56,376 nucleotides of DNA from IMG/VR virus record IMGVR_UViG_3300031227_000051, positions 1-56,376 of that record; one strand, 5' to 3'. The notes under the pieces were generated by a model that searched no databases, had not been told where the DNA came from, and saw only the letters and a list, made by a program, of their open reading frames with translations. Below, in pieces: positions 9,686 to 18,877 of the stretch (positions within the stretch are counted from its first letter, which is position 1; each line of letters opens with the position of its first letter). The position numbers and the translations under genes are program-made. The stretch comes from a virus (taxonomy: Duplodnaviria; Caudoviricetes).

Positions 9686-9830
9686 AGCCGAAAGTTCTTG
9701 ACAGATTTTTGATAAGAATTATAGTAGTTTTCTAAGATGAAAAGTAAGGGTCTTTATAAGAGAAATGAGACATTAATGATGTTTTGTTTTATAGAAGTGG
9801 CAATTGTGAAAGAAGAAAAAAATTTAGTGT

Positions 9831-9906
9831 GCCGTTATAGCTCAATTGGCAGAGCAATCGTTTCATGTGCGAAAGGTTACAGGTTCGATTCCCGTTAACG
9901 GCACCA
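9831..9906 (+). tRNA. tRNA-Met/Ile2 (CAT)
   Basis: cloverleaf, loop TTCATGT, CCA. Confidence 0.8.
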
Positions 9907-9917
9907 TTTATATATTA

Positions 9918-9970
9918 AGGACATATACAGCAAATCAAAAAATACTATGGTTAAGTAAAAATGTGTCCTG
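9918..9970 (+). ncRNA. CAGCAAA-element copy 1 (stem-loop TACT-ATGGTTA-AGTA)
   Basis: GGACAT..ACAGCAAA...GTGTCCTG. Confidence 0.7.
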
Positions 9971-9978
9971 TATTTAAT

Positions 9979-10045
9979 CAGGTAGTGGTCTAGTCCGGCT
10001 AAGACACAAGCATTGGAAGCGGAGGTTCGAATCCTCTCTACCTGA
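9979..10045 (+). tRNA. tRNA-Pro (TGG) lacking the 3' anticodon stem and variable loop
   Basis: CAGGTAG/CTACCTG, D and T arms intact; CAAGC-ATTGGAA-GC runs straight into the T stem. Confidence 0.7.
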
Positions 10046-10046
10046 C

Positions 10047-10112
10047 ACTTAACAATTGAACAACCTCCACGTGGTGTTAGGTGGAAGCGGGTAATGTCGA
10101 CAAATAGTTCAA
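10047..10112 (+). ncRNA. theta (HDV-like) ribozyme
   Basis: P1 ACTTAAC/GTTAGGT at tRNA 3' end, P2 TTGAAC/GTTCAA, P3 ACC-TCCACGT-GGT, P1.1 CC/GG, J4/2 CAAATA. Confidence 0.85.
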
Positions 10113-10151
10113 AGATAGATTTTTTATATATTTATAATAAGCAAAATACGA

Positions 10152-10228
10152 TGCGAGGTAGAGCAGTCTGGTAGCTTTTTGGACTCATAATCCAAAGGTC
10201 GGAGGTTCGAATCCTCTCCTCGCTACCA
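10152..10228 (+). tRNA. tRNA-Met (CAT), initiator-like
   Basis: 1:72 mismatch, GAGC D stem, loop CTCATAA, CCA. Confidence 0.9.
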
Positions 10229-10237
10229 AAATTATAA

Positions 10238-10298
10238 AGGACACATTCAGCAAATCAAAAATAAAAAAACACTGTTAATGTTAATAAAACGTGTCCTG
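10238..10298 (+). ncRNA. CAGCAAA-element copy 2 (Asn-like anticodon stem-loop AACA-CTGTTAA-TGTT)
   Basis: GGACAC..TCAGCAAA...GTGTCCTG. Confidence 0.75.
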
Positions 10299-10306
10299 AT
10301 TTTTAT

Positions 10307-10381
10307 GCGAGTGTAGCTCAGAGGCAGAGCACTAGGTTTCCAACCTAGGTGTCGAGATTTCAAAATTCTCCACTCGCTCCA
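10307..10381 (+). tRNA. tRNA-Gly (TCC)
   Basis: cloverleaf, CCA. Confidence 0.92.
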
Positions 10382-10393
10382 TTTTTGTAACAT

Positions 10394-10470
10394 TGTCTCG
10401 TGGCCTAATTGGCTAAGGCACCGGAATTTGACTCCGGCTATTGCAAGTTCGAGTCTTGCCGAGACAACCA
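10394..10470 (+). tRNA. tRNA-Gln (TTG)
   Basis: cloverleaf, CCA. Confidence 0.92.
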
Positions 10471-10704
10471 TTTATTAATTCAATAAAAGAAACTAACAAT
10501 AGTAATTGTCTCGTGTCTGTCCGTGATATATGATACAACAATTATTTACGTTACGGAGTACGTATAGAAATATCAGGTATCAAAGACAGCCTGACGGGCT
10601 CTAACCGTGTAAGGACGTAAATAATAGACATAAAAAATATAGTTGTGATATGCGTCATATATATTTCTCTTGTTTATATAATAAAAAGTACTAAGGAGCC
10701 AGAA

Positions 10705-10908
10705 ATGCATGATCACGTAGTGATAAAAATTAGAGAAGATTTGCCGAGAGAGAATATGATATACTGTAAATCAGATGATATGGTCACTTTTACAGATTCT
10801 TTAAACAATAAATATAACGTAACAATTCCAATGGAGGGACTTCTTCCTGAATGGGATGAGTGTGAACGACAATGGTATTGGGTTGAAACACCTGGAATAC
10901 AAAGATAA
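10705..10908 (+). CDS. hypothetical protein
   Basis: AAGGAG RBS before ATG 10705. Confidence 0.6.
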   Translation: MHDHVVIKIREDLPRENMIYCKSDDMVTFTDSLNNKYNVTIPMEGLLPEWDECERQWYWVETPGIQR

Positions 10909-10915
10909 TTATAAT

Positions 10916-10995
10916 GGGGTTGTTAAGGTAATGATTAATGTAAACCAACAAACGGAACATTAGTTATAAGAGTTCGACTCTCTTCGGCTCCACCA
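10916..10995 (+). ncRNA. mini-tmRNA-like RNA (tRNA-like domain only)
   Basis: Ala acceptor with G3-U70, A73, CCA; unpaired D loop; one long helix; canonical T arm. Confidence 0.65.
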
Positions 10996-11179
10996 AAATT
11001 TAAAAAGAATCCAAGATTAGACAGTAATAGACAAATAGTGTCTAATCTTGAATTGAATAAGAGAGTTGAGATTAAAATTCATAATACATATTCTCAGTCA
11101 GATAAAATAATAAAAAAAGTTCTTGACAAATTATCAGAAAGAATTATATTAGTAATATAGAGTGAAATTAGTGATAAAA

Positions 11180-11390
11180 AGAAATGAATTAGTTTTTACA
11201 TAGGACGGATTAGCGCCGTTGAAAGAAACTTCACCTTTCTAAATTGTTAGCTACTAAACTGAAAGAAATCATGTCGTGAAGTGAAATGTAGGAGACCCTG
11301 CTCTTTGGTGCATCAAAACAGGTAACGAGGAACAAATCGTTTATAAAATCTTGCTCATGTTAAACCGCATGAACTAATTAATTTATTTCT
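11180..11390 (+). ncRNA. structured ncRNA candidate
   Basis: follows TTGACA promoter; complementary ends; no ORF. Confidence 0.4.
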
Positions 11391-11410
11391 TTTTTGACAA
11401 ATATTAAATT

Positions 11411-11498
11411 GGGTAGGTAAATGCTAATCGGATAGGCAAGCAGGCTGTAACCCTGTCCTCGAAAGGGGCTGGAAGTTCGAGTCTTCCCCTGCCCACCA
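11411..11498 (+). tRNA. tRNA-Tyr (GTA)
   Basis: class II cloverleaf, CCA. Confidence 0.9.
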
Positions 11499-11600
11499 AA
11501 TTAAATGTCGAGAATGTAGTGTAATTGACTGGTTCGATAATTTTAATTTATTTTACAAAAATTCTCGAACTTATATACTTATAAATAGAGGTAAAAAATT

Positions 11601-12125
11601 ATGAAAAAGTCAGCACGAACAAATCTTAGAAAAAGAAGAAAGGCATTATTTGTGGAAAGAATGGGAGGCAAATGTTCTATTTGCGGATATAATAAGTGTA
11701 TTAATTCATTAGTATTTCATCATATTAATAAAAATGATAAGAATTATGAACCAGCACAACTAATGAATTTTTCTATCAAAAAGATAGAAAATGAATTAAA
11801 AAAGTGTATTTTAATTTGTGCAAATTGTCATGGAGAATTGCATTCAGAAAAATATGATTATAAAATTAATGTTCAAAAATATATTAGAGAATGAGTTGAA
11901 ATTGAATGTAAATTTTGTCATACAAACTTTTCAACAATGAATAAGAATAGAGTATATTGTTCACAAAAATGTAGTGATTTGGCATTACTAAAAGTTCCAA
12001 ATAGACCTACAAAAGATGAATTAAAAGAACTAATTTCCAACAATACATGAGTTGATATTGGAAGAATGTTTAGTGTATCAGATAACGCAGTAAGAAAGTG
12101 AGCAAAAAAATACAAATTAATATAA
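11601..12125 (+). CDS. HNH homing endonuclease with C-terminal Zn finger and HTH (3 TGA=Trp)
   Basis: CSICG..FHH..CILICANCHGELH; C-terminal IGRMFSVSDNAVRK-W after TGA read-through. Confidence 0.85.
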
Positions 12126-12130
12126 AATAT

Positions 12131-12204
12131 GAGGCTGTATCCATCTGGGAAGGAGCTACCCTGTCACGGTAGTAAGGCGGGTTCAATTCCCGTCAGCCTC
12201 GCCA
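12131..12204 (+). tRNA. tRNA-Asp (GTC)
   Basis: cloverleaf, G73, CCA. Confidence 0.92.
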
Positions 12205-12219
12205 TTTTTAATTAAATTA

Positions 12220-12293
12220 GGAGAGGTGGTGTATTGGTCGCACATATGGTTGAAGCCCATAGAGTATCAGTTCAATTCTGGTCCTCTCCACCA
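12220..12293 (+). tRNA. tRNA-Phe (GAA)
   Basis: cloverleaf, loop TTGAAGC, CCA. Confidence 0.88.
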
Positions 12294-12330
12294 AATTAAA
12301 ATCTTGACAAAAATGATAAAAGAGGATTAT

Positions 12331-12561
12331 ATGATAACAGTTACTATAACAGAAAAAGATATGTCAAAACAAAATCGTATTGAACTACAGTATGAATGTA
12401 AAGATTGTCGTTTCAAGAAAAAATGTATAAAAGACCTTGGTGAAAATTATCAATCATTTATGGGATCTTATAATTGCAGAAGAACTTGGGCATGTAATTG
12501 TCAAGATAAAAAAAGAAGTTTTCTAAAAAGTTTTCTAAAAATATTTAGAAAAATAATGTAG
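12331..12561 (+). CDS. Cys-rich small protein
   Basis: GAGGA RBS before ATG 12331. Confidence 0.55.
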   Translation: MITVTITEKDMSKQNRIELQYECKDCRFKKKCIKDLGENYQSFMGSYNCRRTWACNCQDKKRSFLKSFLKIFRKIM

Positions 12562-12643
12562 GGGTATAGCCAAATTGGTAAGGCTCTAGTCTGATACGCT
12601 GGGAAAACACCGTCTCTGAGTTCGATCCTCAGTGCCCCTACCA
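12560..12643 (+). tRNA. tRNA-Ile (GAT) with a 13-nt variable region
   Basis: cloverleaf, loop CTGATAC, CCA. Confidence 0.85.
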
Positions 12644-12654
12644 AAAAATTTAAG

Positions 12655-13140
12655 AATAGGCTATCGGGCTGAGGCGTTGGTTTACGAAAGAAGACCGAAA
12701 GTTTTAGTCCGTTCGTCATCATATTAAAAGAAGAAAAGTAGTGATTAATGAAAGTCACCAATAAATATTCGGCTGAAAAAGATAGTCACTTTTAGTCCAA
12801 TAAGTTATATAGTGATTGAACAATGGTAATACTATCTTATCTATACTGCTTTTTATTAAAAACAAAGAAGATATCGTTATAGAGGTAAGAAAGGTTCGCC
12901 AGCTATTTAATTTTACAAACCGGAAATTGTACGATTGAATATACCGTGGTAATGGTTTTGCAAACCGTCAAAGCTGGACGAGTTTTCTTTGTTTGCTTTT
13001 TTTTACAAAAAATTATGCTAACTAGATGGTGAGAAAGTCATAAAGTAGATGTTACTAATTAGTGGCGGTAACCATATCTAATTTAACAGACTATAGTGAT
13101 GAAAAATGGCGAGTTACCCGTCTATTCTGTTTAGTTAGTC
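12655..13140 (+). ncRNA. run of structured ncRNA candidates
   Basis: no ORF; closing stems AAACAAAGAA/TTCTTTGTTT (~12860-12995) and GCTAACTAGA/TTTAGTTAGT (~13017-13139). Confidence 0.4.
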
Positions 13141-13144
13141 TTTT

Positions 13145-13221
13145 GCTTCCTTAGCTCAATTTGGCAGAGTACCGGATTTGTAACCCGGAGGTTGTAGGTT
13201 CGAGGCCTACAGGAAGCACCA
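13145..13221 (+). tRNA. tRNA-Thr (TGT)
   Basis: cloverleaf, CCA. Confidence 0.9.
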
Positions 13222-13223
13222 TT

Positions 13224-13300
13224 GCCTCTTTAGCTCAATTTGGCAGAGCATCGGTTTCGTAAACCGGAGGTTATAAGTTCAATGCTTATAGGAGGCACCA
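13224..13300 (+). tRNA. tRNA-Thr (CGT)
   Basis: cloverleaf, CCA. Confidence 0.9.
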
Positions 13301-13309
13301 AAAATTGAT

Positions 13310-13388
13310 AGGGAGATGAACGGCAGGTTGAATAGTAGAGATGCATACTGAATTTCAGAAATAAAGTGGGTTCGAATCCGCTCTCCCT
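13310..13388 (+). ncRNA. degenerate tRNA-like sequence
   Basis: AGGGAGA/TCTCCCT and GGTTCGAATCC. Confidence 0.4.
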
Positions 13389-13774
13389 TCCCTAAAATTA
13401 TGGCGAGGCAACAAGATTGACTTTTAGTTTGAGTGATGCACTTAGAATCATTTCAGCTATTAGTGACGACATTGTAATCTTCACACTCATAAGTTCTTGT
13501 TCAGTGTGATCCTTGCGACCAAAGTTAAAGGTTCTGGGAGCGTGCCTAAAGAGAATGAATATCTCAGCTCTCTTCATTAAAATCTTGACAAGAAAATGAA
13601 AATAATTATTATAGTTTTTACATAGAGTGAAAAGAAACGAAAAAGTGTTGTAGTATACCTAGGATATGTTAAAGACTGACAGTACATATCGATCTATCTA
13701 ATTAGATAGATTTAACTACACTTAAAAAAGACCGTAACTAGTTTACGTCTCTGTCCACCATTTATTTAAATTAT

Positions 13775-13848
13775 GACTCTCTAGTGAAATGGTATCACGA
13801 ATGACTGTTAATCATTGATTTCAAGTTCAAATCTTGAGGGAGTCGCCA
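13775..13848 (+). tRNA. tRNA-Asn (GTT)
   Basis: cloverleaf, G73, CCA. Confidence 0.92.
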
Positions 13849-14270
13849 TAAATTAATCGAATAATAATGCTATATATAGTTTGTACGGTCGAGAATCTTT
13901 ATAACGTTATAGTGCCGTACCTTATGTACTTGTTTGCGTACGTCTTAAGCTCCGATACCAAATAAGTTGTAATAATGTAAATTATTGTGTATAAAGCATA
14001 GTCAACTATGTATAGTATTATTTTTAATTAAAGTTCTTGACAAAATATCGAGAATGATTATATTAGTAATATAGAGTGAAAGAAGAGAGTGAGAAAGTAA
14101 TAGTAAGTAAAAGCTATCGTACGTAAGCAGATAAAAAATCGCAGAGAAACTCAGGGTAGTCAATGTCTGCGTTGACATCTGGAAAGACAGACGTAAACCG
14201 GCACTTCTGCAGAGTGGGGCGATGTACCGGAAGCTTAACATTGAAGCCCGAAGTTAAGCACTTTATTATA

Positions 14271-14406
14271 AGGATAATAACAGCAAAAACAAAAATTCAG
14301 AAATCCGATGGCTTTATGTCGTGTAGGTTCGAGTCTTACTTGTTGATTCTATTTCAACAATGGTGGAATTGGTAGACACGTCGGAAACAATTTTAACATT
14401 ATCCTG
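14271..14406 (+). ncRNA. CAGCAAA-element copy 3 containing a circularly permuted tRNA-Leu-like domain
   Basis: order: TTCAGAAA-TCCGA, variable arm, T arm, TTGTTGA-loop-TCAACAA, Leu-type D arm, TCGGA; closed by GGATAAT/ATTATCC-TG. Confidence 0.85.
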
Positions 14407-14412
14407 TTTTAT

Positions 14413-14488
14413 ACGGGTGTAGCTCAATTGGAAGAGTCCCGGTCTTATATGCCGGTGGTCATGGGTTCGAGCCCCGTCACCCGTACCA
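14413..14488 (+). tRNA. tRNA-Ile (TAT)
   Basis: cloverleaf, loop CTTATAT, A73, CCA. Confidence 0.88.
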
Positions 14489-14509
14489 ATTTTATAAAAG
14501 GAAGTATTT

Positions 14510-14740
14510 ATGACAAAAGATGAATATATCAAAAAGGTAGAAGATTACTGCGAGGCATACGCTAATGCTAAATTATTTGTAAAAGAAGTAAATGATTATA
14601 ATGACGAAAGAGACGAAGAAGGAAGTTATCATGATTATATTCTTTCAATGTCAGCGAAAGATGAAATGACAGAACGTAAAGAAGATTTAATATCATTTTT
14701 ATATTCAAGTACGTATGAAGATGTAGAGATAAAAAAGTAA
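14510..14740 (+). CDS. acidic hypothetical protein
   Basis: AAGGA RBS. Confidence 0.65.
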   Translation: MTKDEYIKKVEDYCEAYANAKLFVKEVNDYNDERDEEGSYHDYILSMSAKDEMTERKEDLISFLYSSTYEDVEIKK

Positions 14741-14759
14741 TAAGAATAATGAGCATATA

Positions 14760-14810
14760 AGAACACATACAGCAAATTAAAATAGTCATGAAAACTAAAA
14801 ACGTGTTCTG
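14760..14810 (+). ncRNA. CAGCAAA-element copy 4 (stem-loop TAGT-CATGAAA-ACTA)
   Basis: AGAACAC-ATACAGCAAA...GTGTTCTG. Confidence 0.75.
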
Positions 14811-14818
14811 ACTTATAT

Positions 14819-14895
14819 GGCGTCGGTAGCTTAACTGGTAAAGCACAAGATTGTGGCTCTTGAAGATACAAGTTCGATTCTTGCTCGTCGCCCCA
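14819..14895 (+). tRNA. tRNA-His (GTG)
   Basis: encoded G-1:C73, CCA. Confidence 0.9.
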
Positions 14896-14911
14896 TTTTA
14901 TAAATATATAT

Positions 14912-14987
14912 GCCTCTATAGTGTAACTGAACAGCACATTAGACTTCTAATCTTATAGTGAGGGTTTGAATCCTTCTAGAGGCGCCA
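14912..14987 (+). tRNA. tRNA-Arg (TCT)
   Basis: cloverleaf, CCA. Confidence 0.9.
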
Positions 14988-14993
14988 AAATTA

Positions 14994-15130
14994 AGAACAT
15001 TTACAGCAAACCAAAAAGTTCGGAAAAACAGATTGAGTAACATCAATTATTTGCAGGTTATAGTCCTGTCGTCATAGTCTGGGGCGAAGTTAATACAGAC
15101 TTTAAACTAATAAACAAACAAAGTGTTCTG
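14994..15130 (+). ncRNA. CAGCAAA-element copy 5 with a degenerate permuted class II (Ser-like) tRNA domain
   Basis: TCGGAAA loop, GATTGA/TCAATT arm, GCAGG/CCTGT T arm, closed acceptor, D-like arm; AGAACATTT/AAAGTGTTCT-G. Confidence 0.65.
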
Positions 15131-15141
15131 TTATTTTATAA

Positions 15142-15224
15142 TGCGGGATGATGAAATGGTATCATGGGTCTGGCTTTAGTAGAGTCGGGCTAGTTTGGAG
15201 ATTCAATTTCTCTTCCCGCATCCA
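15142..15224 (+). ncRNA. tRNA-like RNA with an ~11-bp anticodon arm and 3-nt loop
   Basis: TGCGGGA/TCCCGCA-T-CCA, D and T arms; GGTCTGGCTTT-AGT-AGAGTCGGGCT. Confidence 0.7.
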
Positions 15225-15310
15225 CTTTTATTAAAGAATTCCTTGACAAATTACTGAGAATAATTATAGTAGTTTTATAGAGTGAAATTTAGTGAAAAAG
15301 AAATTTATAT

Positions 15311-15383
15311 GCTCTCATCGTCTAAATGGTTAGGATATAAGACCTTCAATCTTATGATGCGAATTCGAGTTTCGCTGAGAACA
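15311..15383 (+). tRNA. tRNA-Glu (TTC), C33, no CCA
   Basis: Glu-type D arm; TAAGA-CCTTCAA-TCTTA. Confidence 0.8.
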
Positions 15384-15468
15384 CTTCCCAAACAAAATGA
15401 ATAATTAATCTTGAACTTTTTTTATTTCTAATATATATTAATATAGAGAAGAATAAGGAGAATACATA

Positions 15469-16347
15469 ATGAAAGTTCATTTTGTCTATAAGATTACAAA
15501 CACTATAAATAATAAAATTTATATTGGCAAACATTCAACAAATAATATTGAAGATAATTATATGGGCTCTGGTAAAATATTAATAAGAGCAATTAAAAAA
15601 TATGGTATTGACAAATTCAAAAAAGAAATTTTATATGAGTTTGACACACCTGATAAAGCATTTTCAATGGAAGCTAAAATCGTTAATAAAGAATTTATTA
15701 AAAGAAAAGATACGTATAATATTAAACTTGGTGGCGAAGGCGGATGAGATTATTTTAAAGGTACAGTTACAGTTAAAGACAAAAATGGAAATACATCCAG
15801 GGTATCCAAAAATGATTCCAGATATTTATCTGGTGAGTTATTTTCAATTGCAAAAGGCACTGTATCAGTCAAGGACAAGAACAACAAACACTATCGAATT
15901 GCATTAAATAATCATAAATACCTATCTGGAGAATTAGTTCATAACAAAACTGATTTAGTAACTGTTAGAGATAACGATAATAATACATTTAGCGTATCAG
16001 TAAATGACCCAAGATATTTGTCGGGAGAATTAGTTTTTCATTTAACTAATATTGCTACGGTTAAGGATAAAGATGATAATATATTTTGTGTGCCAGTAAA
16101 TGACCCAAGATATTTGTCGGGAGAGTTGGTTGGTATTTCAAAGGGAAAACATCACAGCGAAAAAACAAAGAAAAAAATATCAAAATCAGCAATGGGCAAA
16201 CATGTTGGCGAACTTAATTCTCAATATGGAACGTATTGAATTTACAATGAAAAATTAAAAGAAAGTAAAAAAATAACAAAAAAAGAACTGCAAAATTGAA
16301 TTGACAGAGGTTGAATTAAAGGCAGAAAAATAAATTGAGTTTTATAG
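15469..16347 (+). CDS. GIY-YIG homing endonuclease with four ~31-aa repeats and NUMOD3 (5 TGA=Trp)
   Basis: [28 protein letters not shown]; repeats VKD..ND.RYLSGEL; [10 protein letters not shown]; ends G-W-IKGR. Confidence 0.9.
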
Positions 16348-16414
16348 CTCATATAATTAAAGATATGAGCGACAAACATATTAGTTGTTCATACGTGAGC
16401 GACAAACTTTTTAT

Positions 16415-16504
16415 GGGCATGTACGCAAATTGGCAAAGCGGCTGGACTTAAAATCCAGTGTGGGTTTACCCCTAATAAGAGTTCGATTCTCTTCATGCCT
16501 ACCA
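16415..16504 (+). tRNA. tRNA-Leu (TAA)
   Basis: class II cloverleaf, CCA. Confidence 0.9.
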
Positions 16505-16644
16505 TAAATCTATCCCTCTTTATGGTTTTCGGTTCGACACCAAATAGGGACATCAAAAAAAATAAACATTGGGGATAACAATGATGAAAGCATATGAATT
16601 TGAAAATGGCATGACAATTAAAGAATTAAAAGAAATATTTACTT

Positions 16645-16718
16645 GCGGCATTAGGTTAGTGGTAGACCATCGGATTTTCTCTCCGATAGCAACAGTTCAA
16701 TTCTGTTATGCCGTACCA
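16645..16718 (+). tRNA. tRNA-Glu (TTC), loop TTTTCTC
   Basis: cloverleaf, CCA. Confidence 0.82.
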
Positions 16719-16759
16719 AAAATAAGTACACTTCGACTGGTACCTATAAGTAAGTGTAT

Positions 16760-16899
16760 AGCAAGTGGTCTGGGTTTGACCAAGTTGCAAAGTAAATGTA
16801 TGTTTTGCAAGACGTATCATTTAACATTTGTGGAAACTAAAATCCTGACAGGTGATATCAGCCTGTACTAAAGCGGTTGGATTCCGTAGCTTGCGACCA
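16760..16899 (+). ncRNA. ~140-nt giant tRNA-like RNA
   Basis: GCAAGT/GCTTGC-GACCA, GGTC/GACC D arm, very long central arm with TTGCAA apex, extra arm, GCGG/CCGT T arm. Confidence 0.6.
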
Positions 16900-16921
16900 A
16901 AATAATAAGTGAGGTTTTAAA

Positions 16922-17473
16922 ATGAAAAAGATTATATTTGAAGAAAAAGAATGTTATATTGCGTATAAAGTATTGCATGAAGATTTATCTAATTTTAAAG
17001 AAAATTATACTTACGAAACTGAAAATTGGTACTCAACTTTAGAAGTTGATATGACCGACGAATCCTGTTCTTATGGTTGTAATTTATTCAAAACAATTGA
17101 AGCAAGTTTTATTTTCATGAATCATGGTAAAATCTTTAAATGTTATGTTCCAATAAAAAACAATAAAATAAAATTTATTAATAATGAAAGTAAATTTAGA
17201 TGTCTTAAATTTTATTTAACTAATGAAGAAGTATTTTTAGATTATATTAAAAATTATGAAAAGTATTGGAATGAATTAACTGAAGACCAGAAAGAACGTA
17301 TTTGCATACATAATATCAATTTCAATTATGAAAAGTATTGGAATGAATTAACAGAATATCAGAAAGATTGTGTTTGTTCAAATAATATCAATTTCAATTA
17401 TGAAAAGTATTGGAATGAATTAACTGAATATCAGAAGAATTATGCTTGTAGAAGTACAGTAATAAAAGGTTAA
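16922..17473 (+). CDS. hypothetical protein with three 23-aa tandem repeats (NYEKYWNELTE.QK)
   Basis: 69-nt repeats ~17252-17445. Confidence 0.75.
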   Translation: MKKIIFEEKECYIAYKVLHEDLSNFKENYTYETENWYSTLEVDMTDESCSYGCNLFKTIEASFIFMNHGKIFKCYVPIKNNKIKFINNESKFRCLKFYLTNEEVFLDYIKNYEKYWNELTEDQKERICIHNINFNYEKYWNELTEYQKDCVCSNNINFNYEKYWNELTEYQKNYACRSTVIKG

Positions 17474-17541
17474 TAACTTGACAAAATTATAGAAAACGTA
17501 TAAGAAAGTTGCCATTTTTAAAAATTTAAAAAGGAGATATT

Positions 17542-17757
17542 ATGAAAAACTTTACATTAACAATGAAAGAAGTTGAAAAACAAATTGAAGATATTAAAAA
17601 AATGAAATATGATACTGAAGGTGTTCATGTATTTGAGGACGATTTACATCATGATTTTATTTTACATATTGCAAATAACGGTACGAAAGAACAGAGAGAA
17701 ATGGCAAAAAGAATATTAACTACAGATGATATTATATCTGAAAGATGGTATTCATAA
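17542..17757 (+). CDS. hypothetical protein
   Basis: AAGGAG RBS. Confidence 0.65.
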   Translation: MKNFTLTMKEVEKQIEDIKKMKYDTEGVHVFEDDLHHDFILHIANNGTKEQREMAKRILTTDDIISERWYS

Positions 17758-17794
17758 CAGCATACAACTGAAAGTATTAAAAATAAATTTATAT

Positions 17795-17889
17795 GAGTGA
17801 GTATGCGAATTGGAATAGCAGGTGGACTTAAAATCCATTGGAGGATGAACCTCGTTAAATTAAGAGTTCGAATCTCTTCTCACCTACCA
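17795..17889 (+). tRNA. tRNA-Leu (TAA)
   Basis: class II cloverleaf, imperfect acceptor, CCA. Confidence 0.82.
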
Positions 17890-17895
17890 TTTTAT

Positions 17896-17928
17896 GCCCG
17901 ATTAGCTCAATTTGGGAGAGCGTCATTG
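17896..17928 (+). pseudogene. 5' fragment of a tRNA (Val-like), truncated upstream of the endonuclease
   Basis: GCCCGAT-TA-GCTC-AATTTGGGA-GAGC-G with no 3' half. Confidence 0.6.
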
Positions 17929-18039
17929 ATAATATATAACTAAAATTCGTGTTAATTAAAAATGCAAAACTCATATAGAAATATACTAAATTTTTTAAGT
18001 TCGACTATATTTATTACTAAATAAGGAGAATGTAAAAAA

Positions 18040-18732
18040 ATGAAATGTAAATATTGCGGTAAAGAAATAATCAATCCAAAATTTTGTAACAATAGTTGTG
18101 CGGCAAAGTATAATAATAAGAAACGTGGCAAAAGAAGTGATATAACAAAAAAGAAAATTAGTGAAAGTTTAACTGGAAGAATTTCAGGGAAGAAAAAAGA
18201 ATATGTAGAGAAAATATGCCCAGTATGTAAGATAAAATTTTATGTCAATAAGAATAATAAACAAAAAATGAAAAGAATATATTGCTCAAAAAATTGCAAA
18301 AATAAATGCCCCATACTTAAAGAGAAATATTCAGAAATGGCAAAAAAAAGATGTAGTACGTTAGAAGAAAAAAATAGAATGAGAGAAATTGGGAGAAAAG
18401 GTGGCTTTGGTACAAAAGGATATTTAAAATCAGGCATAAGATATGAGTCACTATTTGAAAAAAAATGCTTCATTTGATTAGAAGAAAACAATATTAAATT
18501 TATTCCACACAAAAGATTGCCAAATAGTGCAAAAGTTACTGACATATACATTTCTAATAAAAATTTGTGAATTGAACTGGATGGAATAGATAGACGTAAA
18601 AAGCAAAAATTTCTAAAAGATAATATCAAAAGATGAGAAGAAAAAATTAAATTATATGAACAAAATGAACTTAATTATAAAATATTTTATAATACAAACG
18701 AATTAATAGATTTTATTGGGGAATTATTTTAA
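18040..18732 (+). CDS. Zn-finger/NUMOD + Vsr/PD-(D/E)xK-like homing endonuclease (3 TGA=Trp)
   Basis: CKYCG, CPVC, CSKNC; TDIYISNKNL-W-IELDG after read-through; stop overlaps tRNA-Val. Confidence 0.8.
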
Positions 18733-18788
18733 CGGTAGAATAATTGGCTTACATCCAATTGGCAAAAGTTCGATTCTTTTATTCCCTA
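18718..18788 (+). tRNA. tRNA-Val (TAC), no CCA
   Basis: ATTGG-CTTACAT-CCAAT, T arm; followed by theta ribozyme. Confidence 0.8.
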
Positions 18789-18854
18789 ACTTAACGATTG
18801 AGCAACCTCTACGTGGTGTTAAGTAGAAACAGATAATGCTGGCAAATAGTTCAA
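18789..18854 (+). ncRNA. theta (HDV-like) ribozyme
   Basis: P1 ACTTAAC/GTTAAGT starts right after N73; P1.1 CT/AG covaries with CC/GG of the 10047 copy. Confidence 0.85.
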
Positions 18855-18877
18855 AATAAAAACAATAAGGTACTAAC

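Noticed and set aside
15311-15383. tRNA with TCA anticodon
   Set aside because: The 6-bp stem fixes the loop as CCTTCAA (TTC), and the D arm is Glu-type.
14163-16871. Track ORFs 14163..14375 and 16569..16871, plus 25029..25217 and the 5' extensions of the 12226, 24611 and 25331 ORFs
   Set aside because: They overlap tRNA or permuted-tRNA genes; where real genes exist, better starts lie downstream.
17896-18788. Intron-split tRNA-Val
   Set aside because: The downstream tRNA-Val has its own 5' half, no 3' exon complementary to GCCCGAT was found, and no group I core was seen.
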